This document shows positions 1 to 7,929 of a stretch of 32,000 bases of DNA, piece after piece (the stretch's first letter is position 1; each line of letters begins with the position of its first letter). A program made the translations under genes and the position numbers. Location of the stretch: assembly GCA_951812855.1 (NCBI GenBank), contig OX638337.1, forward strand, positions 1,050,001 through 1,082,000. The letters run 5' to 3'. Source of the DNA: an uncultured Lentisphaeria bacterium. GTDB lineage: Bacteria; Verrucomicrobiota; Lentisphaeria; JABSQK01; JAJFLO01. The notes beneath the pieces are model-generated. The model was given only the letters and a program-made list of their open reading frames with translations. It had not been told where the DNA came from and searched no databases.

Positions 1-985
1 GGTACTTTCGGGTATGCTGATCAGCTCTTCCAAAGTAGCGGGAATCAGTTCAAGAATCAATGTTGACCGAAGTCGAGCTAAATATGCTGCAGAATCTGCA
101 ACGGCATTCACACATTGGATGGTAATGAATTACAACTTCAACCGTCCTAAGGAATTGATTGAGGAGGATTCTGAGGAGGAGGCCTGGCTGGCTGATGGGA
201 CTGTTCATAAACTTAATATGGTGGACGGGCTGACCGCTGAAGTAAAAATTTTTGATGTTAACCGTGGATGGAATATACGGAAACTTCGAAATGAAAAATC
301 AAAACTGATTAATCGTTATGCCCTGGAAGATGACGAAAAACGGGAAGAATATAACCGATTTTTTGCTGTGTTTAACGACTATATAGACCGGGATAACAAA
401 AATCGCAGCCACCCGGATTACGGAATGGAAAATGATGATTATGATGCATTGGGTTTTGAAAATTTTCCACGTAACAGCAGTGTTGTTTTCAGAGAAGAGA
501 TGTATTGGTTGGACAGTGTAAAATTTCTGGTGCCTAACTTAGGAGATTTGGAATCGTCCACTGCCTTGCCTGATGATTTATTCAGGGTCATCGCTCCACG
601 TGGTATATCTGATCCGGGGTCAAATCAGTATTCATTTTGGTCAGCGCCAATGCATTGGCTCGAATCAAATATCCGTGATGGATTTTCAGGTTCAGAACGA
701 AGTATAGTTTCAGAATGTCGGGAAAATGGATTTACTGATGAGCTAACCTTGCAGGAGTGTTTGGGATTTGACTTATTTTCGAAATTAAAATCAATTAGAG
801 GATTATCATTTGATCCCAGGAGTACACAGGTTTATACAATTGATGTTACTGTCTCAAGTGTTAACGGAGAGATTAATCGCCGGATGGTCAGCACAATAAA
901 TTTGAAGAATATACCTGCATTTGTCGGAAATAGTAATGTTGGGCGGATGGTTACTCTTCCCTACTGGCAAAAAATATTTTATTGA
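1..985 (+). CDS. GspK-like type II secretion minor pseudopilin (5' end probably outside the window)
   Basis: The frame is open from nt 2 (VLSG precedes Met14), so the N-terminal hydrophobic helix probably lies at or upstream of the window edge. The layout matches the GspK family as I remember it: 'RSRAKYAAESATAF' helix, 'VKIFDVNRGWNIRKL' (resembles x-I-x-D-x-x-g-k-x-N-l-N-x-L), 'FNDYIDRDNKNRSHPDYGMENDDYDALGFENFPRNSSVVFREEMYWLDSV' (resembles DWiDxD...GaEdxxY...paNxpfxsxxEL), and a C-terminal beta segment 'YTIDVTVSSVNGEINRRMVSTINL'. Motif-level recognition only. Confidence 0.45.
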   Translation, partial: VLSGMLISSSKVAGISSRINVDRSRAKYAAESATAFTHWMVMNYNFNRPKELIEEDSEEEAWLADGTVHKLNMVDGLTAEVKIFDVNRGWNIRKLRNEKSKLINRYALEDDEKREEYNRFFAVFNDYIDRDNKNRSHPDYGMENDDYDALGFENFPRNSSVVFREEMYWLDSVKFLVPNLGDLESSTALPDDLFRVIAPRGISDPGSNQYSFWSAPMHWLESNIRDGFSGSERSIVSECRENGFTDELTLQECLGFDLFSKLKSIRGLSFDPRSTQVYTIDVTVSSVNGEINRRMVSTINLKNIPAFVGNSNVGRMVTLPYWQKIFY

Positions 986-1265
986 ACCCCGTATAAAGAG
1001 TCTTCGAATAATTTTGCAGGTTATTTTCTTTTGCAATACTTTTTTTGAATTCAGTGATGATAATTGAGGTGATTGCAAACGTATATTCCGCCGGTAATAA
1101 TCTTACATATGTGTTCAGCATGTCTGTACTTAAGGGCTGACGCAGACTTTTGATATTACCTCATTATCGCATCAATCAATAAGGTTAAATTCTATAAACA
1201 CGTCAAGGCTGCCTGGGAATAAAGCTGGTTCTTATGACGATTCAAACCAGCATAAACAGATCGGT

Positions 1266-2273
1266 ATGAGGGTTATTGAAGCAACGATTTTGTTAATTGT
1301 TGTTTCTGGATTGGGACCTGGGGTTATTATATCATTGAAGGCTGGAACTTGTTTGATTCTTTTTATATGACTATAATAACCCTGGCAACAGTTGGTTATG
1401 GAGAAACCCATGATCTGAGTACAATGGGGCGTCTATTTACGGTATGCCTCATTATTGTTTCTATTGGTGTTGTCGGTTATGGGGTGTCTAATTTGGCTGC
1501 ATTTGTTGTCGAAGGTGAATTTCAACGTATTATTCAGGGGTCGAAGGTGAATTTCAACGTATTATTCAGGGTCGGAAAATGGATAAACGAATCGCAAAAA
1601 TGAAAGGTCATATAATTCTTTGCGGTGCTGGACATAATGGGAAATGTGTTGCGATGGAATTTTTCAAAACACATACTCCATTTGTTGTGATTGAAAGACA
1701 ATCACAATATATTGAGGATATTTTGGAAATTGGTGATATTCCTTATATACAGGGCGATGCGACAGCTGACAGTGATCTTATATCAGCAGGTATACATCGT
1801 GCTAAAGTGTGACTTCTCTATCTGATGACAAGGATAATACCTTTGTTGTACTGAGTGCCCGTTCACTGAATGCTAATTAAAAAATTATTTCCAGGAATAT
1901 TGAAATCCAGAATGCTGAAAAACTTCGGAAAGCCGGATCTGATGAGGTTATTTCTCCGAATTCAATTGGTGGTTTGCGAATAGCTTCGACAATGATTCAT
2001 CCAACTGTGGTTCAGTTTCTCGATGCAATGCTCAAAGATACATCAACTGCCATTCGCTTTGAAGAAATACGTATTTCCGAGTTAAAGTCAATAGTCGGCT
2101 TATCCGTTAAAGAAGCTGATATCGCAAATAAAACTGGTTTAATTGAATTGGCTGTAATGCATGATAATGGCTCCTGTGAATTTAACCCGGGTGATGAAAT
2201 ACGTTATAAAGAGGGAGACACCTTATTAGTCATGAGTTCACGGGACCAAATAGGCAGGCTTAAGAAAATTTGA
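1266..2273 (+). pseudogene. MthK/TrkA-type two-TM potassium channel with RCK (TrkA-N + TrkA-C) domains, inactivated by multiple lesions
   Basis: Pieces lie in three frames. M1 helix is 'MRVIEATILLIVV' (frame 0) then 'FWIGTWGYYIIEGWNLFDSFYMTIITLATVGYGE' (frame 2, TVGYG selectivity filter). TrkA-N is 'KGHIILCGAGHNGK' (Rossmann GxGxxG, ORF 1579-1812). Then 'VTSLSDDKDNTFVVLSARSLNAN*KIISRNIEIQNAEKLRKAGSDEVISPNSIGGLRIAS' and TrkA-C (1974-2273). Lesions: -1 frameshift in the T-run at 1303-1305; 32-bp tandem duplication at 1508-1571; frameshift at GTGTG 1807-1811; in-frame TAA at 1878-1880. Confidence 0.88.
1508..1571 (+). repeat. Perfect 32-bp tandem duplication (2 copies) inside the K+ channel pseudogene
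   Basis: Nt 1508-1539 'gtcgaaggtgaatttcaacgtattattcaggg' is repeated exactly at 1540-1571. Removing one copy restores the frame and gives '...VEGEFQRIIQGRKMDKRIAKMKGHIILCGAGHNG'. The inferred ancestral unit is bracketed by the 4-nt direct repeat GTCG. Confidence 0.95.
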
Positions 2274-2321
2274 ATTGCTTATGGTCAATGATAACTGAAA
2301 GATTACAATTTAATTCACACT

Positions 2322-3197
2322 ATGAAAAGACTTTTAATTACTGGTGCGAATGGTTTTTTGGGTTGGAATTTATGCCTTGCTGCGGCCAGAAGCCGGGCTG
2401 TATCCGGAACCGTATTTTCGAATCCTGTAGACATACCGGGTGTCAATTGTAATAAAATAGACCTTACCGAATACCGTGCTCTAAAAAACATTTTTCCCCA
2501 CATTAAACCGGATGCTGTTATTCACACAGCTGCCATGACACATCCTGACGACTGCCAGAACGACCCGTCACTGTCAAACAAAATAAATGTTGACACATCT
2601 CTTAATATAGCAGGATTATGTGCGGATCTGGGCATATCGTGCGTGTTTACGTCATCGGATTTGGTGTTTGATGGGTTACATGCTCCATATGATGAGGACT
2701 CTGACGTATCACCAGTGAGTTTATACGGTGAACAAAAAGTCATTGCTGAAGAAGGAATGATGAATCGCAATCCAAATATGACGATTTGTCGTATGCCGTT
2801 GATGTTTGGAGATCCGGGGCCCGTGGCGGCAAGTTTTATCCAACCCATGATAGAAGCATTAGATCTTGAAACTCCAATAAATCTATTCATTGATGAATAT
2901 AGAACTCCGGTCAGCGGTTACACTGCTGCGAAAGGTATTTTGTTGATGTTGGATCATTTCGAGGGGCTTATACATTTAGGGGGCAGTGAGCGAATTTCAC
3001 GTTATGAATTTGGAAAATTAATTTGTTCAGTTTATAATTTCCAAAGTAAAAAACTCAATCCATGCAAACAATCTGATCTGAAAATACCTGCACCCCGTCC
3101 TCCAGATGTATCTTTAGACAGTTCTAAAGCATTTGGATTAGGATATGAAACATTGCCTCTGATTAAAGAATTAGAAAATTTGTTTGCAAAAAAATAA
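2322..3197 (+). CDS. RmlD-like SDR family NAD(P)-dependent sugar nucleotide reductase/epimerase (dTDP-4-dehydrorhamnose reductase family)
   Basis: 291 aa. N-terminal Rossmann 'LLITGANGFLG'; 'VIHTAAMTHPDDCQNDP...NVD'; catalytic 'SLYGEQK' (YxxxK); overall RmlD substrate-binding-domain layout. Confidence 0.7.
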   Translation: MKRLLITGANGFLGWNLCLAAARSRAVSGTVFSNPVDIPGVNCNKIDLTEYRALKNIFPHIKPDAVIHTAAMTHPDDCQNDPSLSNKINVDTSLNIAGLCADLGISCVFTSSDLVFDGLHAPYDEDSDVSPVSLYGEQKVIAEEGMMNRNPNMTICRMPLMFGDPGPVAASFIQPMIEALDLETPINLFIDEYRTPVSGYTAAKGILLMLDHFEGLIHLGGSERISRYEFGKLICSVYNFQSKKLNPCKQSDLKIPAPRPPDVSLDSSKAFGLGYETLPLIKELENLFAKK

Positions 3198-3311
3198 GTT
3201 TTTGTTCAGATCATTTTTTCGATTGAAACGTTAATAAATTTTGTCTTTACTATGACGATCGTTCAGAGTCCCGATGAAACGATATTCAGCCTTAAAAGGA
3301 AAGGAATACTG

Positions 3312-4433
3312 ATGAGTGATCAAAAAATTTCGCGAAAGAGTTATTTGTCGAAAAACTTGGGTGACTATCCGGAATTGACGGACGTTTTCGGTGTCAAATA
3401 TCAAAAGGTAGATGATTTGAGATACGGTACTAATCCACACCAGACTGCAGCCTGCTATAAACCTTTAGAAGCACCTGCACCTATCGGTGATTTGGAAATG
3501 TTAAAGACCGGGAAAAGTGGTTTATCTCAAACAAATTTAGAAGATATTTCATATTCACTGAACATTTGTAAAAACTTTAATCGACCGGCGTGTGCCTGTA
3601 TGAAGCATGTTAACCCGAGCGGGGCTGCAGTCGCAGTGGGAGAAGAATCTGTAAGAGATGTTTATATCAAAGCCAGAGATGGAGATCCGAGAGCTGCATT
3701 TGGTTGCGTCGCCGGATTCAACGTAGAAGTCGACCAGGAAACTGCGATTGAAATTATGTCAACCTTTGTTGAGTGTGTTGTTGCTCCTTCAGTTACAAAA
3801 GAGGCTTTAGATGTATTCAGTGACCATGAGCGATTTAAACTGAATCGGCATATAAGAATTGTTAAGTGTGGTGATCTTGCCTCGTTGCCAAAGACGATTT
3901 CAGATAGAAATCAGGTCATCCGAACCATCAAGGTTCTGGCAGATGGTTCTTTGATTATTGCTGATCCGTTACTCTCTCATATGGGATCGGTTAATGATGT
4001 AAAAACGGCATCAGCTGAAAACAAAAAATTGGGTTATGTTGAATCAACTGTTACGGCGTCAGATCAGCAGCGGTATGATTTACTGACTGCATGGTATATC
4101 AATATGAATGTCCGGTCAAACGGCATTGTTATCGTTAAAAATGGCGTCGCATTAGCTGTTGGAACTGGCGAACAGGATCGGGTTGGTGCTGTGGAGCAGG
4201 CTGTATGGAAATATGAAAATAAATATGAAGGCAGAGAAACGATATCTAACGCGGTCATGGCCAGTGATGGATTCTTTCCATTTTACGATGCTGTTGAAAC
4301 AGCACAAAAAGCAGGTGTTACAGCGATTATTTCACCGGCGGGATCTGTTAACGATGCCGATGTCATCAAGCGTGCCAATGAAATTGGAGTTGCCATATTT
4401 CACGCACCTGAACGTATTTTTTCGCATCATTAA
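3312..4433 (+). CDS. purH: AICAR transformylase domain protein (PurH C-terminal AICARFT domain only; no MGS-like IMP cyclohydrolase domain)
   Basis: 'DDLRYGTNPHQTAACY' matches the PurH 'LRYGENPHQ' motif. The C terminus 'ASDGFFPFYDAVETAQKAGVTAIISPAGSVNDADVIKRANEIGVAIFHAPERIFSHH' matches the PurH end. The ORF opens at 3252, but the Met at 3312 has an 'aaaggaaagga' SD-like tract just upstream, so start choice is uncertain. The LRYG motif lies only about 35 aa from the start, so the roughly 200-aa N-terminal domain is absent. Confidence 0.8.
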   Translation: MSDQKISRKSYLSKNLGDYPELTDVFGVKYQKVDDLRYGTNPHQTAACYKPLEAPAPIGDLEMLKTGKSGLSQTNLEDISYSLNICKNFNRPACACMKHVNPSGAAVAVGEESVRDVYIKARDGDPRAAFGCVAGFNVEVDQETAIEIMSTFVECVVAPSVTKEALDVFSDHERFKLNRHIRIVKCGDLASLPKTISDRNQVIRTIKVLADGSLIIADPLLSHMGSVNDVKTASAENKKLGYVESTVTASDQQRYDLLTAWYINMNVRSNGIVIVKNGVALAVGTGEQDRVGAVEQAVWKYENKYEGRETISNAVMASDGFFPFYDAVETAQKAGVTAIISPAGSVNDADVIKRANEIGVAIFHAPERIFSHH

Positions 4434-4469
4434 ACGTTAATTCTTTCTTACAGCAGACAAAATATAGAG

Positions 4470-4718
4470 ATTATACTTTTCTGTGACAGCCTATGATTGG
4501 TCAGCTGTGAATCGGAGCTGTACGGTCATGTGCTGTCCTTATTGCCATCGGCATGAATACCGGGGGAAACCGATCTATTCCTGGTGTAAGGGTATCCCTT
4601 TAGTGAAGCAGAAGTCCATTGGCGAGATTTTCTGCGATCATTGAAAAAACGGGAGTTGTCAGGCATCAAAATGATAACAGCTGACGATCATGAAGAGCTG
4701 AAGTTAAATCGTCTTTAA
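4470..4718 (+). mobile_element. Relic of an IS256-family (Mutator-like) transposase gene, about 80 codons with stops and frameshifts
   Basis: Translations across two or three frames: 'LFCDSL*LVSCE', 'GAVRSCAVLIAIGMNTGGNRSIPGVRVSL*', then 'SEAEVHWRDFLRSLKKRELSGIKMITADDHEELK'. These resemble the IS256 core 'LFlDAtYlKVRenGrVvskAVLiAiGvn.eGkReiLGl.v...Es...W.eFl..L..RGl.GV.lv.sDdH.GL'. The segment is visibly more GC-rich than its flanks. No terminal inverted repeats recognised. Confidence 0.75.
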
Positions 4719-4736
4719 AAAAGATGGATTACTGGA

Positions 4737-5708
4737 CTAATCTGAATTACTTGCAAGGTAATGAGCAACTACGCGTTCAACATCTCCATAATTATGCGTC
4801 ATCATTAGATTTAATCTCAATGATTTTGCACACGGAAACCCAGCCACATAAGATTTAAAAAACTTCCTCATTATTGCAAAATGTTTATTAACGCCATAGG
4901 TTTTTTCAAATAATGCTGCATGTTCTAACAGCACGTTTATTCTATCTTCAAGACTGATTTGAGAACGATGCAGCGTTTTGTTAAACAACCAGGGATTTCC
5001 AAAAATTCCCCTGCCGATCATGATTCCATCTGCACCAAAATTATTTGCTGATTTTCTTGCCTGTTCCAAAGAGTTGACATCACCATTACCAATAATCAAT
5101 GTTTGACTTCCCAGGTTATTTCTAATTTCAACCGCCTTTGCTATCTGGTCCCATCTCGCCGGAACTCTCGACATTTCATTTCGTGTGCGAGCATGTATTA
5201 TTATTGCAGCAGGCTCAGATTCTAATAAATGTTTTATCCAATTATCCGTATCAGTACGATCATACCCCAGTCTGGTTTTTACCGAAACAGGAAGATTGCC
5301 TGCTCCACTCAGCGTTTCTTTAATTATCCTCTTTATTAAATTTGGATTCCGTATTAACGCTGCTCCGGCCCCTTGTTTTTCGACGGATTTGTCAGGACAA
5401 CCTGTATTGATATCAATTCCATCAAATTGCAATTCTGCTGCCAGTGCTGCAGATTTATAAAAATTATCCGGCTTTGAACCAAAAAACTGAGCTAAAATGG
5501 GACGTTCCCGGTTGCAAAATCTTAAATCATCAAGTAACGCATTTCTTCCAGGCGAACAAAGACCGTCACAAGATACAAATTCTGTATAAAAAACATCCGG
5601 TCGACCATACTTTGCAACAATCTGCCTGAAGACTGTATCGGTTACACCCGCCATTGGAGCCAGAATGAATATTGGCTTATTTAATTTTTCCCAAAAACCC
5701 AAATTCAT
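4737..5708 (-). CDS. dus: tRNA-dihydrouridine synthase (Dus family)
   Basis: 323 aa. 'ILAPMAGVTDTVFRQI' N-terminal Dus motif; 'GIDINTGCP' with the catalytic Cys; TIM-barrel-length protein. Confidence 0.9.
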   Translation of the reverse strand: MNLGFWEKLNKPIFILAPMAGVTDTVFRQIVAKYGRPDVFYTEFVSCDGLCSPGRNALLDDLRFCNRERPILAQFFGSKPDNFYKSAALAAELQFDGIDINTGCPDKSVEKQGAGAALIRNPNLIKRIIKETLSGAGNLPVSVKTRLGYDRTDTDNWIKHLLESEPAAIIIHARTRNEMSRVPARWDQIAKAVEIRNNLGSQTLIIGNGDVNSLEQARKSANNFGADGIMIGRGIFGNPWLFNKTLHRSQISLEDRINVLLEHAALFEKTYGVNKHFAIMRKFFKSYVAGFPCAKSLRLNLMMTHNYGDVERVVAHYLASNSD

Positions 5709-5811
5709 GTTATGTTAGATTTTCGTTTATTTCTATTATTCATCTACAATAATCAACCTCAATTATAAGTAGATGCAAATTATTTTCAAGCGTTTCAAAT
5801 CATGGATAATT

Positions 5812-6711
5812 ATGAAAATTTTAATCACAGGTTCCTCAGGATTACTCGGTTCATCTATCATTGGCCAACTTGAGAAAAGAGGTCACCAGTTTATTCGGTT
5901 AGTCAGATCTCAATCCGACGATTCAGCAGCTAAAATATGGAATGCAGAAACTGGAGATATCGACAAACCAATTGAAGACGACATTTCAACTGTCATTCAT
6001 TTATGCGGCAGAAATTTAATTTCACCCAGGTGGAGTAAAAAAGTTAAACAGGAACTCCGTGACAGCCGGATAATCAGTACAGTTAGTCTTGTAAACTTAA
6101 TTAAAAATTTACCAAAAACTCCAAACTTGGTAATCACAGCATCCGGTATCGGCTATTATGGCAACCAGAATGAAAAAAGCCTTTCTGAAAAAGAGCCGAA
6201 CGGTAAGGGATTTCTATCAACATTATGTAGAGATTGGGAAGATGCTGCATCGGAACTTGCCCATCGTGGAATCCGGGTTGTTCATCTTAGACTCGGGATT
6301 GTATTATCTGATCAAGGTGGTGCTCTATCCATAATGAAGCCCGCCTTTAATCTCGGGATAGGGGGAATTTTAGGGGATGGAAAACAATACATGAGCTGGA
6401 TTACCATCGATGATGTAATTGATTGTATTGAATTCATTATATCAGACAAATCTCTTAGCGGCCCGATAAACATCGTATCTCCGAATCCGGTAACAAACAG
6501 TGAATTTACCAAAACACTTGGAGACGTATTAAACCGACCGACTCTTATTCCTCTGCCAAAGACAGTGTTAAGGATTCTTTTAGGAGAAATTGCTGACGAA
6601 TTACTATTAGCCAGCACAAGGGTCATTCCGGAAAAATTAAACAACGCCAAATTTGAATTTAAATATTCTGAGTTAAAAGACGCATTAAATCATCTAATAA
6701 AACAGATATGA
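5812..6711 (+). CDS. TIGR01777/YfcH-family epimerase-like SDR with C-terminal DUF1731
   Basis: 'MKILITGSSGLLGS' Rossmann start (the ORF opens at 5773, but the Met at 5812 gives the canonical N terminus). The C-terminal 'RVIPEKLNNAKFEFKYSELKDALNHL' resembles the DUF1731 end of YfcH-like proteins. Confidence 0.75.
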   Translation: MKILITGSSGLLGSSIIGQLEKRGHQFIRLVRSQSDDSAAKIWNAETGDIDKPIEDDISTVIHLCGRNLISPRWSKKVKQELRDSRIISTVSLVNLIKNLPKTPNLVITASGIGYYGNQNEKSLSEKEPNGKGFLSTLCRDWEDAASELAHRGIRVVHLRLGIVLSDQGGALSIMKPAFNLGIGGILGDGKQYMSWITIDDVIDCIEFIISDKSLSGPINIVSPNPVTNSEFTKTLGDVLNRPTLIPLPKTVLRILLGEIADELLLASTRVIPEKLNNAKFEFKYSELKDALNHLIKQI

Positions 6712-6876
6712 TTCGGGCTCAGTATCTTTAACTTGAATTAAAATTATCTTTAAACTGCCGTGATTGTAAATCAGCTGTTTTATGCGAGAATTCAAAGATG
6801 ATTTTTACCCCGATTTCATGTTTAGAATCTCTATAACAAGAACCCATTAGCATTTCATGAAAATCCGTACTGATAA

Positions 6877-7863
6877 ATGAAATCTCACGCAGTCATATTA
6901 AAAGAATTTGGTGAACCAAAAAAAGTTTTGTTTTATCAGGAAATTAATCTTCCCGGACTTTCGGCAAACCAGGTACTGGTTGAAATGAAAGCCGCACCAA
7001 TCAATCCAGCTGATATTAATTTGGTCGAAGGGAAATATGGAATATTACCTGAATTACCAGCAGTTCCCGGGAATGAAGGTCTCGGCATCGTTGCAGAAAC
7101 CGGTAAGAATATAACAAATTTTTCTAAAGGCGATACAGTCATATTCCCCAACCAGCTCGGTGCCTGGTCCAGGCACCGAATCTGCGAAACGCATAGCTTA
7201 ATAAAGGTTAAAAACAGCTGCGACTTATTACAGGGAGCGATGCTCGCGGTGAATCCACCGACGGCATGGCGGTTATTAAATGACTTTGTTGAATTAGAAC
7301 CGGGCGATTGGATAATTCAAAATGCAGCCAATTCATCTGTTGGTCAACTGATTATTCAATTCGCTAAATCGAAAAGGGTTAAAACAGTCAATATCGTCCG
7401 CCGAGCATCGTTAATTCAAGAACTTAAGGATATCGGTGCTGATATCGTTATCATCGATCAAAAACAATTCTCCAGGGTTGTAAAAAAAGAGACTGATAAT
7501 GCTGAAATTAAATTAGGGATAAATGCCGTTGGCGGTCAAAGTGCTAAAGAAATAGCAAAATCTTTGGTGATTAAAGGTAAAATGGTTACTTATGGTGCAA
7601 TGGGCATGGAACCGGTTACAGTCGGTAATGCACTTTTAATTTTTAAGAATATCAGTTTCCATGGATTCTGGATAAGTGCCTGGTTTAAGAATACTGATTC
7701 CACTGTCATTGCAAATATGTTTAATAAAATATCTGATATCATCCAACAAAATAATATTGCTGTTTCAATTGAAAAATGTTATCCCCTCGACCACATACAT
7801 CACGCAGTCACGCATGCACAAAAAAGTAAACGAAATGGCAAAATTATGCTGACAATGGAATGA
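6877..7863 (+). CDS. MDR-superfamily NAD(P)H-dependent 2-enoyl thioester reductase / quinone oxidoreductase-like protein
   Basis: 328 aa. 'APINPADINLVEGKYGILPELPAVPGNEGLGIV' resembles the MECR/Etr1-type and Qor-type N-terminal GroES-like domain; nucleotide-binding segment 'IIQNAANSSVGQLIIQFAK'. Confidence 0.7.
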   Translation: MKSHAVILKEFGEPKKVLFYQEINLPGLSANQVLVEMKAAPINPADINLVEGKYGILPELPAVPGNEGLGIVAETGKNITNFSKGDTVIFPNQLGAWSRHRICETHSLIKVKNSCDLLQGAMLAVNPPTAWRLLNDFVELEPGDWIIQNAANSSVGQLIIQFAKSKRVKTVNIVRRASLIQELKDIGADIVIIDQKQFSRVVKKETDNAEIKLGINAVGGQSAKEIAKSLVIKGKMVTYGAMGMEPVTVGNALLIFKNISFHGFWISAWFKNTDSTVIANMFNKISDIIQQNNIAVSIEKCYPLDHIHHAVTHAQKSKRNGKIMLTME

Positions 7864-7929
7864 AATATATCAAAACAGCATTTAACTCAACGGCTAAAAA
7901 TTCAAAAATTATAGTGAAACCTTGCTATT

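Noticed and set aside
2270-2503. ORFs 2270-2452 (+) and 2315-2503 (-) at the junction of the channel pseudogene and the RmlD-like gene.
   Set aside because: They overlap the well-supported start of the RmlD-like gene (2322, 'MKRLLITGANGFLG') and have no motifs of their own.
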